Of a DNA stretch of 64,000 nt, positions 1 through 9,472 are shown piece by piece. This stretch comes from Acidobacteriota bacterium (lineage in GTDB: Bacteria > Acidobacteriota > UBA6911 > RPQK01 > JAJDTT01): positions 5,888,001 to 5,952,000 of the forward strand of contig CBDCJH010000002.1 of the NCBI GenBank assembly GCA_965217775.1, read 5' to 3'. The notes beneath the pieces are model-generated. The model was not told the origin of the DNA, ran no database searches, and saw nothing but the letters and a program-made list of their open reading frames with translations. Each line of letters begins with the position of its first letter. Position 1 is the stretch's first letter. The position numbers and the translations under genes were made by a program.

Positions 1-2
1 AG

Positions 3-1064
3 ACGGTCCGGCGATACCCGGTGGACGGCTTCGAGCTCAACCTGAACGGTTACCCCTATTTCTTCGCTCCTCACGGCATAGAGGAGGGGCGTCCCGTCCT
101 CACCGAGTGGGTGAAACGCGTCTCGGAGACGGTCCGAGGCAGCGGCGCCGGCCGGGAGCTGCTGGTGCGGGTGGCCACCAACCTGGCCGGCAACTACTCG
201 CTGGGAATGGACGTCGTGGAGTGGATTCGTCAGGGCCTGGTGGATGTCCTGGTGGTTCAGGACCGCCCGGGCGTGGTCAATCAGATGGCTGACTTCCGTC
301 CCCTGGTGAAGGCGGCGCGAGGAACGGGAACCCGGGTCGTGGCGGCGATCCAGAGCAGGGTGAACACCGACCGGCTGGACGTGGAAACCATCGAAATGCT
401 CCGGGCCACCGCCTGCAACTACTGGGCTCAGGGCATCGGCGGGATGGTCCTGGATCGGGGCTGGTTTCTGGACTGGCCCTACGAAGCCCCTTTCTACCAG
501 AAGCTCCGGGAGTTGCCCTATCCACGCGTGATGGAGACCCGGGACAAGCATTACCATCTGTTGACCCAGCCGGGCCCGGGGATCGAAGACACGGTCCTTC
601 AGACCCGGGCCCCGCTACCGGCCAAACTGGAGGAGGGCCGGCCGGTCCACCTCGATTTCACCAGCAGCGACGATCTGCCCCGTTGGGATTCGGTGGGACG
701 GGTTCATCGGGTCCTGCTGAGGATTCGGGTGAGGCAGACGACGGAGTTGGACCGCTTGCGGTTTCGACTCAATGGAAGGGAACTTCCCGCCAAATCGCTC
801 CGGAAGATCAATCACATGTACAAGATGCACGCCCCGCGCGAACGGATCTCAGGCTATTGGTTCGTCTACACGCTGGAGCGCGAGCATTGGCCCCGGCGGG
901 GCGCCAACCGGATGGAGATCACTCTGCTGGAGCGGGACCCGGAGGTGACGAAACCGATCACCGTTCGCGATTTGGAGTTGGAGACGCGGTACCTGATGGG
1001 AAAGAATTTCCACCGGGAATACGTGGACCCGGACCTGGGGCCCTACGAGTTCTCCACCGCCTGA
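3..1064 (+). CDS. Partial (5' truncated) glycoside-hydrolase-like TIM-barrel protein (GHL10-like) with C-terminal beta domain
   Basis: Frame is open from the window edge; 'YPVDGFELN..YPYFF' and 'GMDVVEWIRQGLVDVLV' resemble GHL10-like proteins. Confidence 0.55.
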   Translation, partial: TVRRYPVDGFELNLNGYPYFFAPHGIEEGRPVLTEWVKRVSETVRGSGAGRELLVRVATNLAGNYSLGMDVVEWIRQGLVDVLVVQDRPGVVNQMADFRPLVKAARGTGTRVVAAIQSRVNTDRLDVETIEMLRATACNYWAQGIGGMVLDRGWFLDWPYEAPFYQKLRELPYPRVMETRDKHYHLLTQPGPGIEDTVLQTRAPLPAKLEEGRPVHLDFTSSDDLPRWDSVGRVHRVLLRIRVRQTTELDRLRFRLNGRELPAKSLRKINHMYKMHAPRERISGYWFVYTLEREHWPRRGANRMEITLLERDPEVTKPITVRDLELETRYLMGKNFHREYVDPDLGPYEFSTA

Positions 1065-1081
1065 CGGGCGGGAGGGGGGAG

Positions 1082-1140
1082 GGGCGACATCCTTGTCGCC
1101 CGCCCGGAAGGGCGATTTCTAGTCGCCCATTCTTTCTTTT
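1082..1140 (+). terminator. Two REP-like GGGCGA..TCGCCC hairpins; the second is followed by a T-rich tail (probable intrinsic terminator)
   Basis: GGGCGACATCCTTGTCGCCC 1082-1101; GGGCGATTTCTAGTCGCCC 1110-1128 followed by ATTCTTTCTTTT. Confidence 0.6.
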
Positions 1141-1185
1141 CTCGGTTCGTTCCTGCGTCGGGTTTTTTTGGGAGGTCGGCTACGG

Positions 1186-1263
1186 GGCGGCTGGAAACCG
1201 CCGCTCCTGTTCGGCGGCTGGAAACCGCCGCTCCCTGTTCGGCGGTTGGAAACCGCCGCTCCC
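1186..1263. repeat. Three tandem 27-28 bp REP-like palindromic units
   Basis: GGCGG(C/T)TGGAAACCGCCGCTCC(C) at 1186, 1213 and 1241, joined by TGTTC, between convergent genes. Confidence 0.85.
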
Positions 1264-1281
1264 TGGCCGGCGGGACAGTTT

Positions 1282-2169
1282 CTATCGTGTCTCTACGACG
1301 ACCGTGTCCAGTTTGTCCTTCTCCCGCGCGACTCCGATGATCATCAGCTCCAGAGAAGATTCCGGACCGCTGTCAACGGAGTGAGCTTCGCCCAGAAGGA
1401 CCGGAACGGCGTCTCCCTCGGACACGGGAGCGGTTTCTTCCCGGTCGCCCGCACCGAGGCGGAAAGTTCCCGACCCTTGCATCACGTAGAACACTTCCTC
1501 CACGCCCTGGTGCCGGTGTTTCCCCAGCGAGGTTCCCGGGGGAAGAAGCAGGTGGTCCACGTAGGCCCAATTGGTTCGGAACACCTCCGGCGAGAGCGCC
1601 CGGCGGAAGAGCACGGTTCCGGTCCCGCCATGAAGTCTCTTCGTGGACTTGAGCAGGCGGCGGTCCAGCCGCATGGTCATGAAAACGGGTACCGGGTCTT
1701 TGGGAACGCCGACCCGGTCGTCCCCCAGGTCGAAGGCGTCATATTTGCGCTTGACCGCTGAGACGGCGATGTTCATCCACTGAGTCGGCCGATCCGTGGG
1801 GTTGTAGATGCCGTGCGAGCTCCCCTGGCGGCAGGGAGCTCCGGCGGGACCCTGAACCGTTGAGGTCCGCCCGTCGATGGTGAACTCGGCCTCATTGTCG
1901 AAGATGACGTACATCTCCTCCATCCGGTTGTGGAAATGGTGGCCGATGCCTCCCCCGGGATGCAGCACTCCCCGGTGGACGAACAGGAGGTTCGTGGTCA
2001 GTGCGTCCCGTCCCAGGAGGGTCATGTAGGCCATCTCCCCGGCACCGCCATGGACGGCTTGTATCGTCCGCAAGGCCTCGGGCGTGGTGTGTCCGATCCG
2101 TTCAGCAAGGGGCTTCATTTGGGCTGCGGCCGGAGTGAAGAACAAAAAAAGAAGGGGAACTACTCTCAT
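1282..2169 (-). CDS. Secreted bicupin-domain protein
   Basis: Signal peptide [17 protein letters not shown]; two cupin motifs ([12 protein letters not shown] and [13 protein letters not shown]). Confidence 0.8.
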   Translation of the reverse strand: MRVVPLLFLFFTPAAAQMKPLAERIGHTTPEALRTIQAVHGGAGEMAYMTLLGRDALTTNLLFVHRGVLHPGGGIGHHFHNRMEEMYVIFDNEAEFTIDGRTSTVQGPAGAPCRQGSSHGIYNPTDRPTQWMNIAVSAVKRKYDAFDLGDDRVGVPKDPVPVFMTMRLDRRLLKSTKRLHGGTGTVLFRRALSPEVFRTNWAYVDHLLLPPGTSLGKHRHQGVEEVFYVMQGSGTFRLGAGDREETAPVSEGDAVPVLLGEAHSVDSGPESSLELMIIGVAREKDKLDTVVVETR

Positions 2170-2275
2170 GGCGAGATCCTCTCGAATGGATGCGGGCTGC
2201 TGAAATCGGCTGCAGGATGCCGAATAATCAAACGGGACATGAATCGCCGGAACGCCCACCGGAGACCCGGGGGCA

Positions 2276-2782
2276 TCACCAGCCGCGGCGGTTTCCCTCC
2301 AGAATGATTCGGCGGTAGACGGCGGGGGGCAGCTGAAAGTCGTGGAAGACCTTCAGCTTGTAGCGATCGTTCAAGAGGTTCTTCAACCGGATGTTCCGTT
2401 TCAGGTTCCTTCCCGGTGGCCGGGTCCGGTCAGCCTCGTCCCGGGCCTTCTGTTGAGCCCTTTTCCAGGCCTTGAAGATGTCTCGGCGAACCGAACTGTC
2501 CTGCGGGACCTCCGCGACGAAAGCGACGGGTCGCGCCACCGACTTGTGGACGTAGCGGGTCGCCCCGGAGAAGAGATGGATGGCGTACCAGTTGCCCTTT
2601 TCGTCCTCCAACTGGAAGACGTCGTTCCGTGCCGCCTTGGCGACGATTCCGGCGCCCCGCCGGGGGGCGTTGCGGACGTTGGCCACCCGGGTTCTGATCT
2701 CGACGTAGTGGGCCGCACTCAGCAGCGGTCCACTCAGCAGAAGCAGAATCAGTCCGAGGCAGACCGACGGCACGGGTCTCAT
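2276..2782 (-). CDS. Secreted bacterial SH3-domain protein
   Basis: Signal peptide; ANVRNAP...IVAKA...GNWYAI...RYVHKS SH3b pattern. Confidence 0.7.
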   Translation of the reverse strand: MRPVPSVCLGLILLLLSGPLLSAAHYVEIRTRVANVRNAPRRGAGIVAKAARNDVFQLEDEKGNWYAIHLFSGATRYVHKSVARPVAFVAEVPQDSSVRRDIFKAWKRAQQKARDEADRTRPPGRNLKRNIRLKNLLNDRYKLKVFHDFQLPPAVYRRIILEGNRRGW

Positions 2783-2789
2783 TCGCCCG

Positions 2790-3107
2790 CTACTCTCTCG
2801 AACGGGAATTGGTGTCGGTAGCGGATTCCGACTCTTGGGACTCGGCAGACGGTTTTCTGATTCGAGGTCTCATATGGGTCCCGGACCCCGGACCCATGGG
2901 CTTGAGATTACCCACCTCGTGAAAATGGAAGCCGATGGTTTCCGGCTCGGCCTCCTCCAACTCGGGGTCCTCGGCGTAATCGTAGCGATCCATCGGAGCC
3001 AGACCCTTCTTCCGGTCGAAACGCCGCTGACGCTTCAGGCTGGCCTTCTCCATTCTGCGCAGCTCTTTTTGCCGTTTGAGGTAGGACTGTCGAGACTTCC
3101 TGGCCAT
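2790..3107 (-). CDS. Small hypothetical protein with basic N-terminus and acidic centre
   Basis: GGAGG RBS before ATG 3107; MARKSRQSYLKRQKELRRMEKA. Confidence 0.65.
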   Translation of the reverse strand: MARKSRQSYLKRQKELRRMEKASLKRQRRFDRKKGLAPMDRYDYAEDPELEEAEPETIGFHFHEVGNLKPMGPGSGTHMRPRIRKPSAESQESESATDTNSRSRE

Positions 3108-3348
3108 ACGGAGAACCTCCGGGGGATTGGAAAACAGTGGTTTCGGGAGTTCCGCCCGGGAAAAATCAACTCTACATGGAACCGGGGAAATTTTCCAGCC
3201 GGCGACATCGACCGCCGGCCATGTCCCGCAGAGCATTCTCCCAGGTCCTTTCTGAAATCAGTCCCAGTCCCGCGGAGACACACACGAAAGACACCTCGAT
3301 CCCTACTTGGCCGCCGATTTCGTAGAGGTCCTTTCCGGGGACCGACAA

Positions 3349-3376
3349 GTGTGATAATCACATCATGATGTCACAC
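3349..3376. promoter_or_regulatory. Nested palindromic operator-like site between divergent genes
   Basis: GTGTGATAATCACATCATGATGTCACAC contains TGTGATnATCACA, ACATCATGATGT and outer GTGTGA..TCACAC. Confidence 0.45.
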
Positions 3377-3444
3377 AACCGGCAACTTCTCCCGGCCACC
3401 AGCACCTTGATGGCCGCGAGGCCTACCAGAGAAGGGACAGTGGA

Positions 3445-5640
3445 TTGACGCAATCTCGTTTCTTACGAGTCGGGAGGGGCTTTGGACCATGGGACCGGGG
3501 GCGGGCTTTCTGGTCTCTCCTGTTTCTCGTCCTGGCGTTTTCGGGATTCTCCCAAGCCCAGAAACGTAGTGTTCCCGAACGTGGACACCGGGACTGGCGG
3601 GTGTACGGGGGCACCGCGGAAAGCATTCGCTATTCGGCTTTGACTCAGATCCACCGCGAAAACGTTCAACGGCTCGAGTTGGCCTGGAAGCACGACACGG
3701 GCGATGCCTACGAAGACTCGGAGATGCCCTGCAATCCTATTGTCATCGACGGTGTCTTCTATGCCGTGACGCCGACGCTGCGGATCTTTGCGCTGGAGGC
3801 AGCCACCGGCAAGTTGCTCTGGCGCGTCGAACTTCCAGGGAAATTCACGCGCGCGCAACGGCGCAGCCGCGGAGTCGTCTGGTGGGGAGATGAGCGGGAA
3901 CAGCGCATCTTCGCCACCAAGGGGCCGTACCTCTATGCCCTGGACGCCCGCAACGGCCGGCTGATTCCGGGCTTCGGCGACTCGGGGCGAGTCGATCTGA
4001 GAGTCGGCTTGGGACGTCCGCTCGAGACTCTTCGAATCTGGGCCAGAACGCCCGGCGTGATCTACCGGGACCTCCTGATCCAGGGCAGCGTGATGAGCGA
4101 GGGCCTGCCTGCTCCGCCCGGAGACGTGCGCGCCTACGACGTGCGTTCCGGCGAGCTCCGCTGGTCTTTTCACACGATTCCCCGTCCGGGAGAGCCGGGT
4201 CACGAGACCTGGCCGGAGGAGGCCTGGAAATATGCCGGAGCCGCCAACAGTTGGGCGGGCATGAGCGTGGATCGCCGGCGGGGACTGGTCTTCATCCCCA
4301 CGGGGTCGGCCTCCTTCGATTTCTATGGGGCCAATCGCCACGGCGACAATCTCTATGCCAATTCTCTGATTGCACTCCGGGCCGGGACCGGGGAGCGCGT
4401 CTGGCATTTTCAGTTCGTCCGCCACGATCTCTGGGACCGGGATCTTCCGGCGCAGCCCTCACTGGTCACGGTGAAGCGGGACGGGCGGCTGGTCGACGCC
4501 GTGGCCCAGACCACGAAGTCGGGCCATGTTTTCGTATTCGACCGGGATCGGGGAACTCCCCTTTTCCCCATCGAGTACCGGCCAACGCCGGAAACCGACG
4601 TCGAAGGAGAACGGGTCGTCTCCAGCCAGCCGTTCCCCTTGAAGCCGCCCCCGTTTGCCCGGCAGCGGCTGACGGAGGAGATGCTCACGCGTCGCAGTCC
4701 CGAGGCCCACAAGGCCGTTCTGGAGCGATTCAGGAGCCTTCGCAACGAAGGACCCTTCACGCCTCCCAGTCTCCAGGGAACGGTGATCTTCCCCGGGTTC
4801 GACGGTGGAGCGAATTGGGGAGGAGCCGCCTTCGATCCCGAGACCGGACTGTTCTACGTCAATGCCAACGAGATGGCGTGGATCCTGCGGTTGGTGGAGA
4901 CGTCCCGCCCCGATCAACCGTTCGGCGGCCGGCAACTGTACCTGGACCGGTGTGCCGGGTGTCACCGGGAGGACCTCAAGGGGACTCCACCGGAATTTCC
5001 GTCTCTCGTCCACCTGAGGAATCGCTCCACGGAGGCGGAGGTCGTCCGCATGATCCGCGAGGGTGGAGGCCGCATGCCCGGTTTTCACCGGTTGGAACAG
5101 GACGAGCTTCGGGCGGTGGCCCGCTATCTCCTGAAGGGCGAGGATACTCCTCTGACCAGAGAGGGACGCAAGACCCGGGACCCGATCCTCCGTTACCGGC
5201 ACGACGGATACATCAAGCTGTTGGACCCGGACGGATATCCGGGTGTCCAGCCGCCTTGGGGCACTCTGACGGCTATCGATCTGGACCGGGGAGAGATCGC
5301 CTGGCAGATCCCCTTGGGAGAGTTCCCCGAGTTGGCCGCCCAAGGGCTCGGGAACACGGGGACCGAGAACTATGGCGGTCCGGTGGTCACCGCGGGGGGC
5401 CTCGTCTTCATCGGGGCGACCAACCATGACAGCAAGTTTCGAGCCTTCGACAAGGCCACGGGTCGTCTGTTGTGGGAGACGGGTCTTCCGGCGGGCGGGA
5501 ATGCCACCCCTGCCGTGTATCAGGTCGGTGGTCGCCAGTTCGTGGTCATTGCCGCCGGAGGTGGTAAATCGGGCGCGCCTTCCGGGGGCAGCTATTTGGC
5601 GTTTGCCTTGCCGGCCAGTGAAGTTGACGAAGCCCCCTGA
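3445..5640 (+). CDS. PQQ-dependent (glucose/quinate-type) dehydrogenase with inserted cytochrome c domain
   Basis: PQQ beta-propeller motifs (WRVYGG, HDLWDRD, PPWGTLTAIDL, GTENYGGPVVTAGG); heme motif CAGCH and MPGF axial Met. Confidence 0.9.
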   Translation: MTQSRFLRVGRGFGPWDRGRAFWSLLFLVLAFSGFSQAQKRSVPERGHRDWRVYGGTAESIRYSALTQIHRENVQRLELAWKHDTGDAYEDSEMPCNPIVIDGVFYAVTPTLRIFALEAATGKLLWRVELPGKFTRAQRRSRGVVWWGDEREQRIFATKGPYLYALDARNGRLIPGFGDSGRVDLRVGLGRPLETLRIWARTPGVIYRDLLIQGSVMSEGLPAPPGDVRAYDVRSGELRWSFHTIPRPGEPGHETWPEEAWKYAGAANSWAGMSVDRRRGLVFIPTGSASFDFYGANRHGDNLYANSLIALRAGTGERVWHFQFVRHDLWDRDLPAQPSLVTVKRDGRLVDAVAQTTKSGHVFVFDRDRGTPLFPIEYRPTPETDVEGERVVSSQPFPLKPPPFARQRLTEEMLTRRSPEAHKAVLERFRSLRNEGPFTPPSLQGTVIFPGFDGGANWGGAAFDPETGLFYVNANEMAWILRLVETSRPDQPFGGRQLYLDRCAGCHREDLKGTPPEFPSLVHLRNRSTEAEVVRMIREGGGRMPGFHRLEQDELRAVARYLLKGEDTPLTREGRKTRDPILRYRHDGYIKLLDPDGYPGVQPPWGTLTAIDLDRGEIAWQIPLGEFPELAAQGLGNTGTENYGGPVVTAGGLVFIGATNHDSKFRAFDKATGRLLWETGLPAGGNATPAVYQVGGRQFVVIAAGGGKSGAPSGGSYLAFALPASEVDEAP

Positions 5641-5732
5641 CCGGTAGATCGGCGACGGCTTCAGGTCTGATTCCGATCTGGACCGCTTCGCGGCATGGCT
5701 ATCGGGTTGGTTCAGGGAGTCCCGATTTTCTC

Positions 5733-6896
5733 ATGCGGATATCCACATCAATCATCATGTCGGCTCTGCTGCTGACCGTTTCTCAGGCGACGGCGGGAGA
5801 AATCATCCGTTATCCCATCGGCGGCAGTGGCATTCCCGGGGCGGTCCGTGTCGGAAGATCGGGTCTGGCTCACACTGGAATGCTCTACGGGTCCCCGGCT
5901 GGACAAGAGGCGTCTGGCTTTTTTGAGATCGCCGTACAGCTCAAAGCCATCGCCCGGCACTATGGAGCGACCCTTGGAGACGTAGCCAAATTGAATCTCT
6001 ACGTCGCGGACCCGAGTCCTGCCCTGATCCGGCGGATCGAAACTGAAATCGGGCAGGACTGGCCGCGTGAAGCCTGCCCCGCCCTCACGCTGATTCCATC
6101 GCCGATTCCGGGGGATGCCGCGGCCGTCGCTGCGGACGCCGTCATCGCCGTGCCCACGGATGACGATGCTGTGACCCGATTCTCCGGCCAGGCTGCCGTG
6201 ATGCCGGCCGGCCGCGACATCCTCTACGTTTCAGGTCGAGCAGCTTCCGGTGCCCTGGCGGAGGCCACGTCGGAGACCATGAGGCAACTCTTCGATGTGC
6301 TGGCGCACATGGGGAGCACCCAGGCCGATGTCGTGCAGGTCAAAGCGTTCATTCAGCCCATGTCCGATTGGGAGACCGTCCAACACGAAATCGACCGAGC
6401 CTTCGGTGACGCCGCGTCGCCGCCGGTGGTCTACGTCGCGTGGGCATCCCCCTCGCGAGCCACCGAGATCGAGTTGATCGCAGCGGCGCCCGGGCGGCAG
6501 GGGATGGAAGAAACCGTCAGCTACATCACTCCTCCCGGTGACAAGGCGTCCCCCGTCTACAGTCGCGTGGCGCGAGTCCACGCCGACGAAGTGATCTACA
6601 TCGGAGGCATCGTCGCTGGGGATGCGGCCACGCCGGAAGAGGAGGTCCGCTCGGTCCTCGAGGAACTGCGGAGTCTGGTCGAGGCGGCCGGGTCGAACCT
6701 CGGTCACCTGGCCAAGGCGACCTACTACGTCTCCGGCAAGCCGGTGTCGGCGATGCTGAACCAATTGCGGCCCGAGTACTATTCGCCGACACGGCCGCCT
6801 GCGGCGTCAAAGATCTCCGTGGCCACCATCGGTGTCGCGGACCGCACCCTGTTGGTGGACATGGTCGCGGTGCCTGCGGGTAGAAGGACGGAGTGA
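5733..6896 (+). CDS. Secreted protein with about three tandem RidA/YjgF-like domains
   Basis: Signal peptide; repeated Rid motifs (DVAKLNLYV, DVVQVKAFI, HLAKATYYV..RPPAAS). Confidence 0.75.
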   Translation: MRISTSIIMSALLLTVSQATAGEIIRYPIGGSGIPGAVRVGRSGLAHTGMLYGSPAGQEASGFFEIAVQLKAIARHYGATLGDVAKLNLYVADPSPALIRRIETEIGQDWPREACPALTLIPSPIPGDAAAVAADAVIAVPTDDDAVTRFSGQAAVMPAGRDILYVSGRAASGALAEATSETMRQLFDVLAHMGSTQADVVQVKAFIQPMSDWETVQHEIDRAFGDAASPPVVYVAWASPSRATEIELIAAAPGRQGMEETVSYITPPGDKASPVYSRVARVHADEVIYIGGIVAGDAATPEEEVRSVLEELRSLVEAAGSNLGHLAKATYYVSGKPVSAMLNQLRPEYYSPTRPPAASKISVATIGVADRTLLVDMVAVPAGRRTE

Positions 6897-6902
6897 AGCC
6901 GA

Positions 6903-7127
6903 TCAGTCGGCCGGTACTCCGGACGGAGCGAGTGAGCGGGATTCCCTCTCCCGGTTTGCCGCTTCGATGGAGGGGAAGTACTGAACGCCTTTCGGTGCTA
7001 CGGGTGGCGCCAGGCGGCACGAGAACTCCCAAAGCCGTCTGATGCGTTGGGCGAGCCGAGGATGAGTCGAGTCGGTCCAAAGAGCCCGGCGCGCATCGTC
7101 ATGGTTCTTGAACTTGGTTACAGGCAC
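6903..7127 (-). CDS. Small hypothetical protein (74 aa)
   Basis: GGAGGA RBS plus GTG at 7127; MPVTKFKNHDDARRALW...GVQYFPSIEAANRERE. Confidence 0.65.
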   Translation of the reverse strand: MPVTKFKNHDDARRALWTDSTHPRLAQRIRRLWEFSCRLAPPVAPKGVQYFPSIEAANRERESRSLAPSGVPAD

Positions 7128-7223
7128 TCTAGTCCTCCAACATGAACGTCCTGCGAAAAGAGTAGCATGACGAGCCTGTGGTAACGTGAGGTTCTCTCGG
7201 CTCAAACTTCCGGCAGGGTTCCG

Positions 7224-8873
7224 TTGTTGCGCAAGAAAAGGGTTCAGTTCGATCGCCGGCGATTCCTGGCCGGGACGGCCGGCGCCATGGGGCCCGCCAT
7301 CTTCGGACGACTGCCGCTCCCGCTGTTGGCGAGTCAAGGTGGTCCGCCCCCGGTTGCGGATTGGGATGCCGGCAGCGTGCGGCATGTCCTGCCCACCGTC
7401 AGCGATTCCCGGGTGCTGATCAAGGTCTCTTTCAACGGTCCGTTGCCGGCCTCGCCCAGACTGCGAATCGGATCTGCCGAGATTGCGGGCCGGATGACCG
7501 ACACGGCAGGCGTTTTCTGGCAGTTCCATGCCACTGGCCTCAAGCCGGATAGTCCGTATTCCCTGGCCCTTACGGGTAGCGACGGACGAGCCTTGTGCGA
7601 ACCGTGGACGCTCTCGACCTTTCCGGCTCCGGAGGCCCGACCCGAACGGTTCCGGCTGCTCTTTTTCACCTGTGCCGGCGGTCCGGGCGGGACCTATTCG
7701 GGGATCGGCAAAAGGAGCGGGTTCCTCCCCGCCGCCATCCGCAATCGGCTCCTCCGGCGCGCGCTGTCGTTCCGGCCGCATGCCGCCGTGGCCAACGGCG
7801 ACCACATGTATTGGGATCTCCACACCTGGTTGGGTGATGATGTCGGCGAGCTCAGTCCCGGCGGGCGGGAATCCAACTTCGATTTTTCGGCTTCGCCGTT
7901 CGGCGGCAGCAACGAAGCGGCATTGAAGGCGGCGGCCGGGCCACAGATCGTTCCGGTGTACGGCGTGGACTTCCGGTCGACGCCGGTGTTCTTCATCCAA
8001 GACGACCACGACCACTGGGAGAACGACGCCGCCAGCGACGAACTCGTCAACTTTCCCATCCCCTGGTTCCAGTTGCAGTTGGCCCGGGCGACCCAGCAAC
8101 TCTACTATCCGGAGTTTCTTCCCGATCTCCGGCGTCCGGCGGGATTACCGTGGTCGGGTGCCGGCAACCGGGGCGACCTGTCCGAGAGCTTCGGGACCAT
8201 CCGTTACGGGAGGCTCGCGGAGGTTCTGCTCTACGACGTACGCCGTACCCTGAGTCTGGCGGGACCCACCGCGGTCTTCGTCGACGGTCAGGTCGAGGAA
8301 TGGTTGGTAGAGCGTACCCGCTCGACCGAGGCGCGGCACCTGGTCCACGCTCCCTCGAATCCCTTCGGGTGGAGTGCGGGCAAGTGGGGCGAGTGGTATC
8401 CCGACGTGCTGAATTGGGAGGCGGGTGCCCTGACGACGGCTGTTCCGAAGCCGTACTGGCAATCGGGATGGCTCAAGCAACACGATCGGCTGGTGCAAGC
8501 GATTACCGCCCAGTCCAGCCGCGTCCCGCTGGTGGTCAGCGGAGACCTTCATGCCATCGGCGTGGGGCGGATGCATCGTGCCGGGAAGCTCGACCTGAAG
8601 GGCAACCCTTTGACCACCGTGCTGAGCGGGCCCATCGGCACCTCGATCCGGGGGTTTCCGTCGGTGGTCCGCGGCATCGGCGCCACGCCACCGGCACACC
8701 TGGACCTGGAGGAGACGGTCCCGCCGGTCGAGCAGCATGGGTTCACCCTGGCGGATTTTCTGGCGGACCGGATCGTCTTGCGGCAGTACAAATGGGACGT
8801 GAACAGTCAGCCGCTCGATGCCATCGACAACCTGGAGCCGTTCCAAACGACGGTGCTGGGAGTCGGTCGCTGA
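7224..8873 (+). CDS. Tat-exported PhoD-like metallophosphoesterase
   Basis: DRRRFLAG Tat signal; ANGDHMYWD, DDHD, SGDLH motifs. Confidence 0.8.
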   Translation: MLRKKRVQFDRRRFLAGTAGAMGPAIFGRLPLPLLASQGGPPPVADWDAGSVRHVLPTVSDSRVLIKVSFNGPLPASPRLRIGSAEIAGRMTDTAGVFWQFHATGLKPDSPYSLALTGSDGRALCEPWTLSTFPAPEARPERFRLLFFTCAGGPGGTYSGIGKRSGFLPAAIRNRLLRRALSFRPHAAVANGDHMYWDLHTWLGDDVGELSPGGRESNFDFSASPFGGSNEAALKAAAGPQIVPVYGVDFRSTPVFFIQDDHDHWENDAASDELVNFPIPWFQLQLARATQQLYYPEFLPDLRRPAGLPWSGAGNRGDLSESFGTIRYGRLAEVLLYDVRRTLSLAGPTAVFVDGQVEEWLVERTRSTEARHLVHAPSNPFGWSAGKWGEWYPDVLNWEAGALTTAVPKPYWQSGWLKQHDRLVQAITAQSSRVPLVVSGDLHAIGVGRMHRAGKLDLKGNPLTTVLSGPIGTSIRGFPSVVRGIGATPPAHLDLEETVPPVEQHGFTLADFLADRIVLRQYKWDVNSQPLDAIDNLEPFQTTVLGVGR

Positions 8874-8959
8874 CGCACGCCGGCGGGAAAGGCGCGTAGT
8901 ATACGCGTAGCGGGCGCAGGCGTCTTCTCTCTTTCCTGTTTCCTCTTTCCTCTCCCTCG

Positions 8960-9398
8960 CTACCAGTGGACCCGGAACTTGAGGATCCGGTGTCCCGCCT
9001 GAAGGAAGACCAGCCCCTCGTCTGTCCGGCTGACAGCCACCGCGTGGTGCCTCCCGCCGGCGTGGTCGAACCGCCCGTCACCTTTCCACCCGGTAACTGA
9101 AGATCAGGTGATCGCCCTGCACGTAGACGATGCTTTCGTCCAGCCGATTCAGGGCCAAGCCGTATCCGTGGGCGTGCAGGCCGGGCCGGGGCTTCCCGGC
9201 CGAGTCCTCTGCGCCGACGGCCCAGAGCCGGCGGCCGTCCCGGTCCAGTTTCACGAACCGATGGTTGCCGGTGTCGGCGACCAGGAGGTTCCCCTCGTAG
9301 TTCGCTGCCAGGGCCGACGGATTTCGGAATCCCGAGTCCCCATGACCACCCTCGATGGTGCACCACGTCGCCAGAAGACTGACCTTCGGTCGCCCCAT
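8960..9398 (-). pseudogene. Fragmentary NHL-repeat protein
   Basis: FRNPSALAANYEGNLLVADTGNHRFVKLD NHL repeat; ORF stops at 9078 while a similar blade (HAVAVSRTDEGLVFLQAGHRILKFRVHW*) continues in another frame to 8960. Confidence 0.55.
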
Positions 9399-9472
9399 GC
9401 CGGATCCTCGCGAGTCCAGCGAACCTGACCTCTGGCCCGGCGCCGGGAGGCCGAATCGTAACTGCGCTTCTC

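Noticed and set aside
1186-1263. Possible mini-CRISPR array
   Set aside because: Units are joined by an identical 5-nt linker, with no unique spacers and no cas genes; REP-like instead.
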